Shown: positions 43,396-56,631 of the stretch, piece by piece
How the letters are laid out: every line of letters begins with the position of its first letter
Position numbering within the stretch: position 1 is the first letter of the stretch
DNA from: Fimbriosthenelais zetlandica
Lineage: Eukaryota
Assembly (NCBI GenBank): GCA_977030845.1
Contig: OZ365115.1
Coordinates: forward strand, 8,556,001-8,620,000
Reading direction: 5' to 3'
Length of the DNA: 64,000 nucleotides
Notes under the pieces: model-generated
What the model saw: only the letters and a program-made list of their open reading frames with translations
What the model was told of the DNA's origin: nothing
The model's database searches: none
Translations under genes and position numbers: made by a program

Positions 43396-45364
43396 TTACA
43401 AAGGGAAATTTGTCCCAGTTTCAGAAGTCGATGGCTGAGAATGGTGCTTTTTTATATGCAATTTCAATTTCGACCTCAGTCTGCTTCTATAATCACAGAA
43501 TTGGCAAGCCTCTGGTTTCTCATTTTTATGTAATAACATGTGAGTTCTTAAGTGTGATTGGAATTTGAAAACTTTGTTACAACCAGGCCAAGTGCAAGGT
43601 TTGTATTTTATAGGGCCATGAGCACACCTCTTATGCCTACTCAAGTAAACTTGTTTAACACAGAGACCGCAAATCTCACAACACACCATGTCTGAACCAT
43701 GCACACAGCGCAAGTGCCGCGTTAAACAATTCTTATCCCGGACCTTTTTCTGACACTCAGGACATTCTAGTTCTAATCCCCGACCTACACCATGGCAGTT
43801 GTACTTATGTTGAGTCACATTTCTCATGGTGCCAAAAGCCTTGCCACAAATCTCACATATCACTTCTTTTTTTGGCTCCTCAGCCCCATGTACTTTGTGC
43901 ATGTGCATGAGTTTGTAATATTCACAGTCGAAACCTCTGTGGCAGATCATGCATGTTTTTGCAAGTACACTTTTCTTAAATCTATCACCTGGAGGAGACT
44001 TCTCTGAATTTCCAACAAGTTCATCTTTTCCAAGAAAGTTAATTAGGCTCTTTTCATATATCTCTTTCCATACACGATCTTTCTCATCTGAAAGACGATG
44101 CTTCAAAGACAGATGGTATTTAAGTTTGGAACGTTGAATCCTTTCATTACAGAGTGTGCAACAGATAGTTTTAATAGCGTGAACAGAGCCTATGTGATTT
44201 GTCAAACGAAAACGGTTTATCATGTCCTTTGAACACACGGGACATTTAACACCCTCCTCCTGGAGATGTACATGTTTAATATGACTTGAGAGACATTGAA
44301 AGTCTTTCTCACAATGAGGGCATTTCTTTATATTGTGTGCACTATCAACATGACGCTTGAGTAAGTTGTTAGTGCCAAAGCGGGCCCCACATTTATCACA
44401 GCAGTAATCTTTGGATGGTTCCTCAGCACCATGCTGTTTATGCATGTGCTGAAGTTTACCGTATTCAGTACGGTAATATATCCCACACACATCACATTTG
44501 TTAGATGAAGTACTTTGTGGCGTTTTCAAATCAATCTCATCGTTGTGCATAAGCATGAGATGGCTTTGAACAGCGTCCATGGTCTCGAACATTGTACTGC
44601 AAGAGAAACATTGATATATGATGGAGTCCATATCAGGACAGTAGTTCTCATCTCCTGTTTCCTTCATGTCAGCATCTTCATAAGCATTCAGAGACTGAGA
44701 TGAGAATGTACCCGGAGAAAGCTCACTTGATGCAGGAGCGGTTCCAACAGCTGAATCTGGTTCAAGTTTGTCTGAATATGAATGATCTGTTATTATCAAC
44801 TGATGCGGTTGATTAATAAGTGTGGAGTGTGGAGTTGCAGCTTCTTCCTGTATTCTATTTACTACAGTCAAAGATAGTGGATCAACAGGATCCTCTGAGT
44901 CTGACTCATGTGGGTTTGGTTCATGTTTGTTGAATGTCTGATCATCTGGTATAGTTAGTAAAACGATAGTTTCTTCCTCCGCTCCCTTCACTATGGTCAA
45001 AGGTACGGGAATAACATTTTCAGAACCATTCAGAGACTGAGATGAAACAAGTGGAAAGGTACCCGGAGAAACTATGCTTGATGCAGAACCAGTTCCATCA
45101 GCTGAATCTGGTTCAAGTGGGTTTGAGTATGAATGATCTGATATCATCAACTGATGTGGTGGAGCAATGAGTGTGGAATGTGGAGATGGAGCTTCTTCCT
45201 GTATTCTATTCACTGCGGCTGAAGGTCCAGGAAGAACATCCTCTGAGTCTGGCTCATGTGGCTTTGGCTTATGCTTGTGGAATGTCTGACCATCTGACTT
45301 TGCCGGTAAAACGACAGTTTCTTCCTCCCTTCTATTCAAGTAGGGTCCAGGCGGGGGGACAACA
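43396..45364 (-). CDS. U5 C2H2 zinc-finger terminal exon, ~12 fingers
   Basis: Acceptor at 45364 with full CTCAGTGACAG motif; 1969=3n+1. Confidence 0.92.
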
Positions 45365-45880
45365 CTGTAAAAAGACGACGAGAGAGGAAACTGTCACTGA
45401 GAGTGTCAATCATTACGGCAAACCTCCGTTTCTTCGATATGCTTGTTTTCATATTCATTAAGAGACAGAAATGAGAGAGAGAAAACAAATTGTATGGCAA
45501 ATGCCAACTAGGTTGGAGCTTGGAACCAACACGCCGGTAATATTAATACAACTGCCAAGATGAAGAACATTTTAAGACCTTTAAACTGGTGAATTAAATA
45601 TAATAAACTATATAGATCCCATGTACTCAGGAGGGGGATGGATGATTCAATGATCAAATTCTGGTTCCAAAACATATCTTGTTCGCTATGATGACTTTAT
45701 GTGTATGTATCAACCACTCTGAACTAATAATTTTAGATTTTATATTGAAAGAATAAAGACACTAAGGGGTAGTCCATTTAAACTGGATGGAGGAGCGACC
45801 TAAATATAGGATGACTGTCATGATGATTAGTGGTCTGTTCATGGGGAGTGACTTAAACTTTTAAGGGACTGATTCCTTAA

Positions 45881-46294
45881 CGAGGATCGCGGGGCGCCAT
45901 CGCGCCACCTAGCGAGTGCCGTCATAAATCTCATAAGAGCCTATGTTTTAAAAAAAAAGGTCCGTGACCCCTATTTTTTTTGGTTTCATTTTAAAGCTAT
46001 TGTCAAATGCTTCAAAAAGAAACTATAAAATATATACTTTTTGCATTTTTTCATAGTGTAATACTTAATTGAAATTAAATTTGGTGTAATTTTTTGTAAA
46101 TTTCCCATCTCTCCCATAGTTAAGGAGCTGGAAAAACTTAATTTTACAAGTAGTCTGAAAGAGCCGATAGCACAAAAGGGAGGTCCGTGACCTATACTTT
46201 TCTTTGCATTTATAAAACTTAAACTAAATTTACTAACGGCATACAAAAAATTAGAAACTTTGATGCATTTTCATTTATGGGTCGCGATCCACCT
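45881..46294. mobile_element. Non-autonomous DNA transposon with TTAA target sites (Kolobok- or piggyBac-like MITE)
   Basis: TTAA at 45877-45880 and 46295-46298; degenerate terminal inverted repeats sharing GGATCGCG/CGCGATCC; internal GGTCCGTGACC direct repeats at ~45959 and ~46181. Confidence 0.5.
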
Positions 46295-46498
46295 TAAAGT
46301 AGAGGTTTGAAGTAGTTTGATAGACACTCTACACTATTTGTACACTGTGCTAGGTTCAGATCACTCTAGAGATGAATGTTAATTTATGTGAAAAGGCCCG
46401 AAACAAATTAGGGACATATATTATTAGGAAAAATTATTATATACCACCATACACACATAATAAACGATGGGATACAATGGCTGTCTAGAAATCGCTGT

Positions 46499-48350
46499 TC
46501 ATACATTGTCATTTACTGAAGTTTCAGCAGCCTTTGATGGCGCATTATGCTGCTTTTTCATGTGCCAGTTCAGGGAAGATTTCTGCCTGCAAGTATAGTC
46601 ACAGAGTTTGCATGCCACTGGTTTCTCATCTGTGTGTACTAGCATGTGAGTTTTGAGATGTGACAAGTGATGGAACTCTTTGTTACAACCAGGCCAAGTG
46701 CAAGGTCTATATTTAGGAGGGCGATGAACAGAGCTCCGGTGGCTGCTCAGGTTGATTTTCTTCACATTCTGGCCACAAATCTCACAAAACACCATGTCTG
46801 AACCATGAGTCTGAATGTGCCTTCTAACTGCCGCCCTGTTGAGGAACATTTTATGACACTCCGGGCATTCAAAATCACGAGTTTCCTGATGAGAGTATAA
46901 TTTGTGTGTTCTGACCAATATCAAAGTACCAAAAGCCTTCCCACAAATCTCACACATGACCTCTTTCTTGGGCTTCTCAGTCCCATGTACTTTGTGCATG
47001 TGCTGGAGTTTGGAATAATTATTGGGGAAATATCTGTGACAGATCATGCATGTTTTTGCAAGACGAGCTTCACTAGCAGTTGATATGTCAGTCTTCAACG
47101 GCCCACCACGCACATAGAAATTTTGTGGTTGAGAAGTTCCTTCTTTTGGAGCCTGTTCAGCTGAATTTTCTATCATTTCCTCATCACGTTCAACAACATT
47201 AAGTAAGCATTGTTCATATATGGCTTTCCATCCAGGGTTTTTCCTTCCTGAAAGACCATGGTTCAGCTTCAGATGCACTGCTAACTTGGAACGTGGAACC
47301 TTTTCACTACAGAGTGTGCAACATGCAGTTTTTACTCCATGGATACTAGTAAGGTGGGCTCTCAAGCTTACGTGATTCTTCATCTTCTTGTAACATAAGG
47401 GACATTTGAGCTCACCCTCTTCCTCCTCCACATGTACACGTTTAATATGTCGCCTAAGTGTAAAGTGATTTTTGAGAACTTCATCACAATGTGGGCAATT
47501 TACCTCATTGCCGGCCTTGTGTACAACATAGACATGATGCTTAAGATTGACAAGAGTGCCAAAGGAAGATCCACAGATATCACAGCAATGATCTTTGGAT
47601 GGCTCCTCAGCACCATGCTCTTTATGCATGTGCTGAAGTTTACTGTATTTACTACTGAAGGATCTGTTACATACATTACAAGAGCGAACAGATTCCTTCA
47701 AAGCAGCCACATTTTTGTGGTTCTGTCTTGAATGCCTTCGTAAAGCTGCCTTAGTTTTGAACACCTTCTTGCAGTGGGGACAATTAATTTGTATGTTGGA
47801 GTCCTTATGAACTGTAAGTGAGTTTTCAGTTTCAGATGAAACATTTTCCGTCAGCCTTTTTGAGCAGCTCCTCAGTTTTGATCCCGTTGAATGGCCCTGT
47901 ACAGCAAGAGGATCTGATTCTGCATCTTCTGTAGAAGGACTTTTTAGATCTGAAAATTCTGAGTTTTGGCCATCATCTAGATCATTTGTAACTGAACTTT
48001 CATCATCCTGTGTAGGTACTGAGTCCTCATCAGATCCATGGCCCTCATTTCTGACTGAGTACATTGTATCAGAGCTAGTATTAGTACAGGGTTTGGCTTT
48101 TCCTGTTTCCTCCATGTCAGCATCCACAGAACCTTTGACAGACTGAGGTGGAACCAGTGAAGAGGAACTATCAGATATCATCATTGATACATCACACATT
48201 CCAGCAGCTGGGTCTGGTTCATGTGGCTTTTGTTTAATGGTCGAGGATTGTGATATTTGGAAATGATGAGCTGGAGAAATGACAGTTTCTACCTGCCCTC
48301 GATTCATGACGGTCCAAGATCGGGGATCTTTATCCTTCCCGTCAGAATCA
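46499..48350 (-). CDS. U6 C2H2 zinc-finger terminal exon, ~12 fingers
   Basis: Consensus acceptor at 48350 (T GAT TCT GAC GGG); 1852=3n+1. Confidence 0.92.
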
Positions 48351-48529
48351 CTGTAAAAAGAGGGCGAGAAGAAACTGTCACTGAGTGTGGCATTAAACTC
48401 TGCTAGCAAAATAGCCTAAACTAAATAAGTCAATAAATTAATCTCATAAATGTTAATGGGGAAAGTGTCTTCTCGTGTAGCTGCCGACATCGATATGATT
48501 TGAGATGTGAGATTTCTATCTCTGCTCAT

Positions 48530-48655
48530 AAATAAACGGTCAAGGAGAGGTTTCCTGTTGCAAATGGTGTATACTCACAGCCAGGCCAAGGGCCTGGTCA
48601 GACAATGTTATACCGTGTTACCACCTATTACATGCACTTTTATAAGATACTCTTC
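48530..48655 (-). pseudogene. Decayed relic of a U11/U12-like finger region
   Basis: AGTGCATGTAATAGGTGGTAACACGGTATAAC aligns to U11 GCTGCACATAAGAGGAGGAAACATGGTAATAC, followed by PWPGCE; contains a stop and a frameshift. Confidence 0.6.
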
Positions 48656-49050
48656 TCTCATACTCAGCCAATGAATCACACAACAAACCAAGTTCATATC
48701 ATAAATGGTTGATATTCTTCAACTTCATGTAAATCGATTCATTTGTATTTTCATACACAGGGAATATTTTACCTAATAGCCCGATCCATTCATATTCATT
48801 TTATGCTCGCAAAGCATGAATTCAATCCCAAATTCTCACTATGCAGTTTTTGCAAGGCTTACACTGAGAATAAATACTCCTGAAATAAGAATAGAAACGG
48901 CTGGAAAAAACTAGTTCACTATATGTTGGCTACACACAAAATAACTAACTTGGCTACTGGACGATATATAGATATAACTGAATGATCTGATACCACTTTA
49001 TACAAATATAATAAATGATGGGCTCTCAATACCATGTGTGTCCACACTCT

Positions 49051-51094
49051 CTAGACATCAATGTTGTCATTTACTGAAGTTTCAGTAACCTTTGATGGCG
49101 CATTATGCTGTTTTTTCATGTGCCAGTCCAGGGATGGTTTCTGCCTGCATGTATAGTCACAGAGTTGGCAGGCCACTGGTTTCTCATCTGTGTGTGTTAG
49201 CATGTGAAGTTTGAGATGAGATGAGGACGTGGAAACTTTGTTACAACCAGGCCAAGTACAAGGTCTGTACTTTACTGGACGATGACACTTCTTATGGGCA
49301 CTCAGGTAGCCCTTTCTCACACTCCGTCCACAAATCTCACAACATACCATCTCTGTATCATGGGTCTGAACGATGTGACTTCTGACAGACTTCCTGTTCT
49401 TGAACATTTTATGACACTCCGGACATTCAAATTCACGAGTTTCCTGATGAGAGTGCAATTTGTGTTCTCTGACCAATATCAAAGTACCAAAAGCCTTCCC
49501 ACAAATCTCACATATCACGTCCTTCTTGGGCTTCTCAGTCCCATGTACTTTGTGCATGTGCTGGAGTTTGGAATAATTATTTCGAAAAAATCGGTGACAG
49601 ATCATGCATGTTTTTGCAAGACGAGCTTCACTAGCTGTTGATATGTCAGTCTTCAACGGCCCACCACGCACATAGAACTTGTCGTTTTGTGATTGAGAAT
49701 TTCCTTCACTTGGAACCTGTTCAGCTGAATTTTCCATAATTTCCTCATCATATTCAACAACATTAGTGAGGCACCGTAAATACATGGCATTCCATTTAGG
49801 ATAATTTGTTTTACGTGAAAGACCATGATTCTTTAAATGCATTGTTAGCTTGGTATAGGGAATCTTTTCATTACAGAGTGTGCAACCTGCAGTTTTAACT
49901 CCATGAATACTGCCAAGGTGCGCTGTTAAGCAGGAGCGATTCCTCATATTCTTATAACACAATGGACACTTGAGCTCCTCTATCTCCTCCACATGTACGC
50001 GTTCAATATGCCCCTTGAGATTACTATTATTTTTGAAGACTTTCTCGCAATGGGGGCATTTAACTGCAGTCTCTCTAGTGTGTAGTACAGACATATGACG
50101 CCTGAAATTGGTAGCGATTCCAAAGGAGGCTCCACAGATATCACAGCAGTGATCTTTGGTTGGAGCCTCCGCACCATGCTCTTTATGCATGTGTTGAAGT
50201 TTACTGTATGTATTACCGAAGGATCTGTTACATACATTACAACAAGAGCTAACAGACTTCTTCAATCCAGCCACATTTGTGTGGTTACGTCTTGTATGGC
50301 TTTGTAATGCTGCCTTAGTTTTGAAAACTATTTTGCAGTGGGGACAATTACTTTGTATGTTGGAGTCCTTATGAACTGTATGTGAAGGACTTTCAAGTTT
50401 GGAAAGTTCATCAAAGGAAGTCTCACCAATCTTACAGGTATGATTGTGAGCCACTGTCTCAATGTCATGCGCTTCATGCATGTGCTCTAGTCTGTTTTGG
50501 CTATTTGAAAATTGTTTGTAAGATAAATTACAAGTGTTTTGTGTTTCAGATGAAACATTTTCAACCTTGAACTTCAGCCTCTCTGAGCACCTCCTCACTT
50601 TTGTTCCCGTTGAGTGGCCCTGTTCTGCAAGAGGATCTGTTTTTGCATCTTTTTTGCATCTCTTAGAAGGTCTTTCCTGATCTGAACATTCTGAGTTGTT
50701 ATCCCCAGATTTTAAATCATCTACATCAATTGTAATTGAACTTTCATTATCCTGTGTAGGTACTGAGTCCTCATCAGATCCGTGGCCCTCATTTCTGACT
50801 GAGTACATTGTATCAGAGCTAGTATTAGTACAGGGTTTGGCTTTTCCTGTTTCCTCCATGTCAGCATCCACAGAACCTTTGACAGACTGAGGTGGAACCA
50901 GTGAAGAGGAACTATCAGATATCATCATTGATACATCACACATTCCAGCAGCTGGGTCTGGTTCATGTGGTTTTGGTATAATGGTCGAGGATTGTGATAT
51001 TTGGAAATGAAGAGCTGGAGAAATGACAGTTTCTACCTGCCCTCGATTCATGACGGTCCAAGATCGGGGATCTTTATCCTTCCCGTCAGAATCA
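49051..51094 (-). CDS. U7 C2H2 zinc-finger terminal exon, ~12 intact and 2 degenerate fingers
   Basis: Consensus acceptor at 51094; 2044=3n+1; 5' end nearly identical to U6. Confidence 0.92.
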
Positions 51095-51737
51095 CTGTAA
51101 AAAGAGGGCGAGAAGAAACTGTCACTGAATGTGGCATTAAACTGTGCTAGCAAAAATAGCCTAAACTAAATAAGTCAATAAATCAATCTCATAAATGTTA
51201 ATGGGGATAGTGTCGTTTTCGTGTAGCTGCCGACAGTGAGTGTGGCATTAAACCATGCTAGCAAAATATCCATTTCTTGTCATGAGATTCATTAAGTCTT
51301 ACATCTTCCAAAGGAACGTTTCTTGTATGCAAGATGGTAATGATGATATATTATAAACACCTATAGCATTTCAAATTTAGTGAAAAAAAAATCTCAATGT
51401 CAATGGGGATGGTGTCTTCTTATGTAGGTGCCTACATCTATATGATGTGCATATTCATTTTATCCTCGCAAAGCTTAATTTCAATACCAAATTCTCACTA
51501 TGCAGTATGTGCATGGCTTAGATTGAGAACAAATACCCGTGTAATAATAATAGGAACGGTTAAATTTAAAAAAAAACATTTTACAGCACTAAATGTAGGC
51601 TCAACACTTAATAATTAACTACTGTAGGATACATAGATAGAACTGAATGAGAGGTCGTATTGGTGGTAGTATGCATCTTATATCACTTTATACAAACATA
51701 ATACATGACAGGACATTACCATGTGTGTCCACATACT

Positions 51738-53712
51738 CTAGACGTCACTGTTGTCATTTACTGACGTTTCATCAGCCTTTGATGGCGCATTATGCTGTTT
51801 TTTCATGTGCCAGTCCAGGGATGGTTTCTGCCTGCATCTATAATCACAGAGTTTGCATGCTACTGGTTTCTCATCTGTGTGTATTAGCATGTGCTTTTTG
51901 AAATTAGATAAGTGATTGAATTGTTTGTTACAACCAGGCCAAGTGCAAGGTTTGTACTCTACAGGGCGATGACACCTTATATGGGTAGTGAGGTATCCTT
52001 TTCTCACACTCCGTCCACAAATCTCACAACATACCATGTCTGAACCATGCATCAGGCCAACGTGTCGTCCAAGTGCCACCTTGTTCTTGAACATTTTATG
52101 ACACTCCGGGCATTCAAATTCACGAGATTCCTGATGAGAGAATAATTTGTGTTCTCTGACCAATATCAAAGTACCAAAAGCCTTCCCACAAATCTCACAT
52201 ATCACCTCCTTCTTGGGCTTCTCAGTTCCATGTACTTTGTGCATGTGCTGTAGTTTGGAATAATTATTGGGGAAATATCTGTGACAGATCATGCATGTTG
52301 TTGCTAGACGAGCTTCACTAGCAGTTGATATGTCAGTCTTCAACGGCCCACCACGCACATACACTTTTTTATCATTTGATTGAGAACTTCCTTCGCTTGG
52401 AGCCTGTTCACCTGAACTTCCCACCATTTCCTCAGGATGTTCAACATTATTTACGCACTCTTCATATACTGCTCTCCATCCAGGATCATTTTTCCTACGG
52501 GAAAGACCATGTTTCCTTACCAAATGCATTGTTAATTTGGAACGTGTTATCTTTTCATTACAGAGAGTGCAAACTACAGTTTTAACACCATGAATACTGC
52601 CAAGGTGCGCTGTTAAGCAGGAGTGATTCCTCATATCCTTGTAACACAATGGACATTTGAGCTCCTTTGTCTCATGCACATGTACAAGTTCAATATGCGT
52701 CTTGAGAGTCATATCATTTTTGAACACTTTTTCACAGTGGGAACATTTGACTCTAGACACTGCACTGTGTTTTATAGACATATGACTCCTTAGAGAGTAA
52801 ATAGTACCAAAGGAAGCTCCACACACTTGACAGCAATGATCTTTGGATGGCTCCTCAGTACCATGTTCTTTATGCATATGCTGAAGTTTAGAGTATTCAT
52901 GATTAAAAGCTCTTTCACAAACTGTACAAGAGTACTTCTTCAAAGCAACTACATTTTTGTGCTGAGATCTGTTATGCTTTCGTAAAGCTGACTTGGTTTT
53001 GAAGACTTCATTGCAGTGGACACAATTAATTTGTATGTTGTAGTCCTTGTGATCTGTAAGCAAATGAGTTTCAAGTTCTGAACCTAACTCAAATGAAATC
53101 CCGCAATACTTACAGGTGTGACCTTGAGCCAAGTGCTTAAGTTTGTTATGGCTTTTTGGAAACTTTTTAAAAGGAACAATTTCAGCCTTCTCATGTAGCT
53201 GCTTTGAACACTCCTTCCTCCCCATCTGTGTTCGCCTTTGTGATTTTCTTCGCTTAGCTACAGGAGCTGAGTTGTAATCTTTGTATGATGCATCTTTATG
53301 ATGTGAAGAATTTGTATGATGTGAAGAATTTGTGAAGCGATCCTCAAATTTCAAATCACATAGTTCATCTGTAAATGAACTTTGATCATTCTGTGTTGGT
53401 ACTGTCTTCTTCTCAAAACCATGACAGTCACCTTGCACTGAGGAAGTCCTATCATAATTAATATTAATACAGGTTTTCGCGTCTTCTATTTCCTTTGTTT
53501 CAGCATGTTCATACCCTTTGACAGACTGAGATGGAACCAGTGAAAAGGTACACATCCTTGATGCATCACAAGTTGCATCAGCTAGATCTCGTTGTGTATT
53601 TGCTGTATGATCTGGCATTGTCAAGTGATGCGATGGAGAAATGACAGTTTCCTCCTCCCTTCTATTTATGACCGTCCCAGGTAGGAGAGCTTTATCCTTC
53701 TGGTCAAAATCA
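51738..53712 (-). CDS. U8 C2H2 zinc-finger terminal exon, ~13 fingers
   Basis: Acceptor CAGTGACAGTTTCTCTCCCCCTTTTTTACAG|T GAT TTT at 53712; 1975=3n+1. Confidence 0.92.
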
Positions 53713-54370
53713 CTGTAAAAAAGGGGGAGAGAAACTGTCACTGATCGAGTGTAAAAACCTTGACAGTAAAATATCCATTTTAATAGTAGTCCGTAGAGCT
53801 CACAAGTAACTAAGTTTGTTTCATAAATTGTTGATATGTTTATGTAAAATCCAATTAGAGTTTTCATAGACAGGGATCATTTTACATCATGACCAGATCC
53901 ATGTATGTTCATTTTGTGCTCGTAAGCATAGGTTCACTAACAAATGACTACAATGAAAGTGATATCCTGTTTATATCCACCAAGATAAGCATGTTTTATA
54001 CTCAAACTGCAGATCTCGCAAAAAAATTAGTTTCGTTTACAAACCATTGTCATATATTTATGTAAAATCCATTTATTTCGCAGAGATTTCATACACAAGG
54101 GACATTTTACATCATGGCGATAGTTATGAATGTTCATTTTGTGTTCGCAGTTCAGTACCAGGAACCACATGCCCACAAGGAACCAACACCCCTGAAATAT
54201 TAATACACACGTCTATATGAAAAACATCTTATACCACTATATATATATAACAACACCTTCATAAGCACTAAATATGCACACAAAATAACCAACAGGCCCT
54301 GTATAATTATGCAATATGGTGGCTTAGCTTCTATTTATATTAGCTTCTATTTATCTAGCACTGTTCATTG

Positions 54371-56159
54371 TTATTGAGGTTTCAGCATTGGCGCCTGATT
54401 ATGTTGTTTTTTCATGTGCCAGTTCAGGGAAGATTTCTGCCTACATGTATAGTCACAGAGTTGGCATGCCACTGGTTTCTCATCTGTGTGTACTAGCATA
54501 TGTTTTTTGAGATGAGATGAGTTAGTGAACACTTTGTTACAGTTAGGCCAAGTGCAAGGACAATATTTTACAGGGCGATGAGCAGAGCTCCTATGCGTAC
54601 TGAGGTTGCCTTTTCTCACACTCCGTCCACAGATCTCACAACACACCATGTCTGAACCATGCATCCGTGAAATGTGCGATCCTAGGGCCTTCTTGTTCTT
54701 GAACTTTTTACCGCACTGAGGACATTTTAATTCCCTGCTTTCCCGATGGGCGTGTACCATATGTTCTCTTACCAAAATCTCGGTACCAAAAGCCTTCCCA
54801 CAAATCTCACATATCACCTCCTTCTTGGGTTTCTCAGCTCCATGTACTTTGTGCATGTGCTGGAGTTTGGAATAATTATTGTTGAAATATCTGTGACAGA
54901 TCATGCATGTTTTTGCAAGACGAGCTTCACTAGCTGTTGATATGTCAGTCATCATTGGCCCACCAGGCACATGCAATTCTTTGATTTCTTCCGAACTTAC
55001 TTCACTTGGATCCAGTTCACCTAAACTTGCTATTTCCTTATCACATTCAGCAACATTAGTTAGGCACTGCTCATATATGGCTTTCCATCCGGAATCTTTC
55101 CAGCATGAAAGACCATGCTTGTCTACCAGATGCAGTGATAATTTGGAACGTGAAATCCTTTCATTACAGAGTGTGCATCCTACAGTTTTAACTCCATGGA
55201 CCTTCTTAAGGTGAGCTGCCAAGTTTATATAGCTCCTTATATTCGTGTAACACAAGGGACATTTGAGCTCTTCCTTCTGCATATGCACGCATTTAATATG
55301 CCGTAAGAGATTAATATCATTTTTGAAGACTTTGCCACAATGTGGACATGTCACTCTAGTCCCAGTCCTGTGTAGTACATACACATGGCGCCTTAGAATG
55401 GAAGCAGTGCCAAAGGAGGCACCACAGATATCACAGCAGTGATCTTTGGATGGCTCCTCCCCACCATGTTCTTTATACATGTGTTGATGTTTAGTATATT
55501 GATGACTGAAATATCTCCCACAAACAGTACAGGAGCGCACAGACTTTTTCAATGTAGCCCAATTTTTGTGCTTACATTTGTTATGCTTTTGTAAGGCTGA
55601 CTTAGTTTTGAAGACTTCATTGCAGTGGAGACAATTAATTAGCACATGGTAGTCCTTATGAACTGTTTCAGATGGCACCAACCCAGCCTGGTCCTTCAGC
55701 TGCTTTGAGCATAACCTACTTCCCGCCTTGGTTCTCCTTTGGGATTTTCTTCGCTTAGCTACAGGAGCTGAAAAACTTGCCTTGCTACCCTCAAATTCCA
55801 AAGCAACTAGCTTATCTTTAAATGGACTTTGATCATCTTGTGTTGGTACTGACTTCTCATCAAACTCTTGCATTGAGGAATTTGTATCATAGGTTTGTGC
55901 TTCTTCTGATTCCTTCACATGAACATGTTCAAACCCTTTTAGAGACTGAGTTGGAACAAGTGAAGAGGTACACTGAGAAAACATCCTTGATGCATTACAA
56001 ATGCCATCAGGTGAGTCTGGTTCATGTGGGATTGGGTCATGAACGAGGATTGTATGATCCAACTTTGGCAAGTGATGTGGTGGAGAAGTGACAGTTTCTT
56101 CCTCCCTTCTATTCATGATGGACACAGTTGGGGGACCTTTATCCTTATGGTCAAAATCA
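54371..56159 (-). CDS. U9 C2H2 zinc-finger terminal exon, ~12 fingers
   Basis: Consensus acceptor at 56159; 1789=3n+1. Confidence 0.92.
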
Positions 56160-56631
56160 CTGTAAAAAGAGGGCGAGAGATGAAACTGTCACTGAGAGTG
56201 TAACCTTGTTAGTTAGTTTTTTGGACGCTTATTATCAAATTCATTAAGTTTTACATATCTTCCAAAGTAATGATGTTCCTGGTATAGGCGTACAGGACTG
56301 AGGAGAACATCTCCTAGAACATTTCAAATCAGACAATATTTCTCAAGAATCTAAAATGGGTTCGGGTCTTCTCAACTAGAAACAAATATCTATATACTAC
56401 AAATTCGACAAGCCAATAAGAGACAAGACAGAAAGAATTACATGGCCACATATAGGACTGATGAAAACTGTCACCACCTCATCTACTGGAACACAACTTT
56501 TACTAAGCCTATCTAGGAACAGACTTCCTCCACCATCCCTAAAATATTTACATGATATTTGCTGATAAATATTGCACTTCGAGACAACACTCAATAAAAA
56601 TGATTATGGTTCACTTTCGATTTAGCATTGT

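Larger units (their letters stand above)
40729..45391. repeat. Recent ~2.35-kb tandem duplication carrying U4 and U5
   Basis: TTCACTTCCAAACTATCAA begins at both 40729 and 43078; 3' flanks and ORFs align throughout. Confidence 0.9.

Noticed and set aside
53297-53335. 18-bp tandem duplication in U8 (TNSSHH twice)
   Set aside because: In-frame slippage in a low-complexity linker with no sign of function.
48351-53867. N-terminal extensions MLAEFNATLSDSFFSPSFYS (U6/U7) and MKTLIG... (U8) in the ORF track
   Set aside because: They read through the pyrimidine tract and acceptor; the U6 start is TTG and the extensions are not conserved among units. Most other track starts are GTG/TTG and are not plausible animal start codons.
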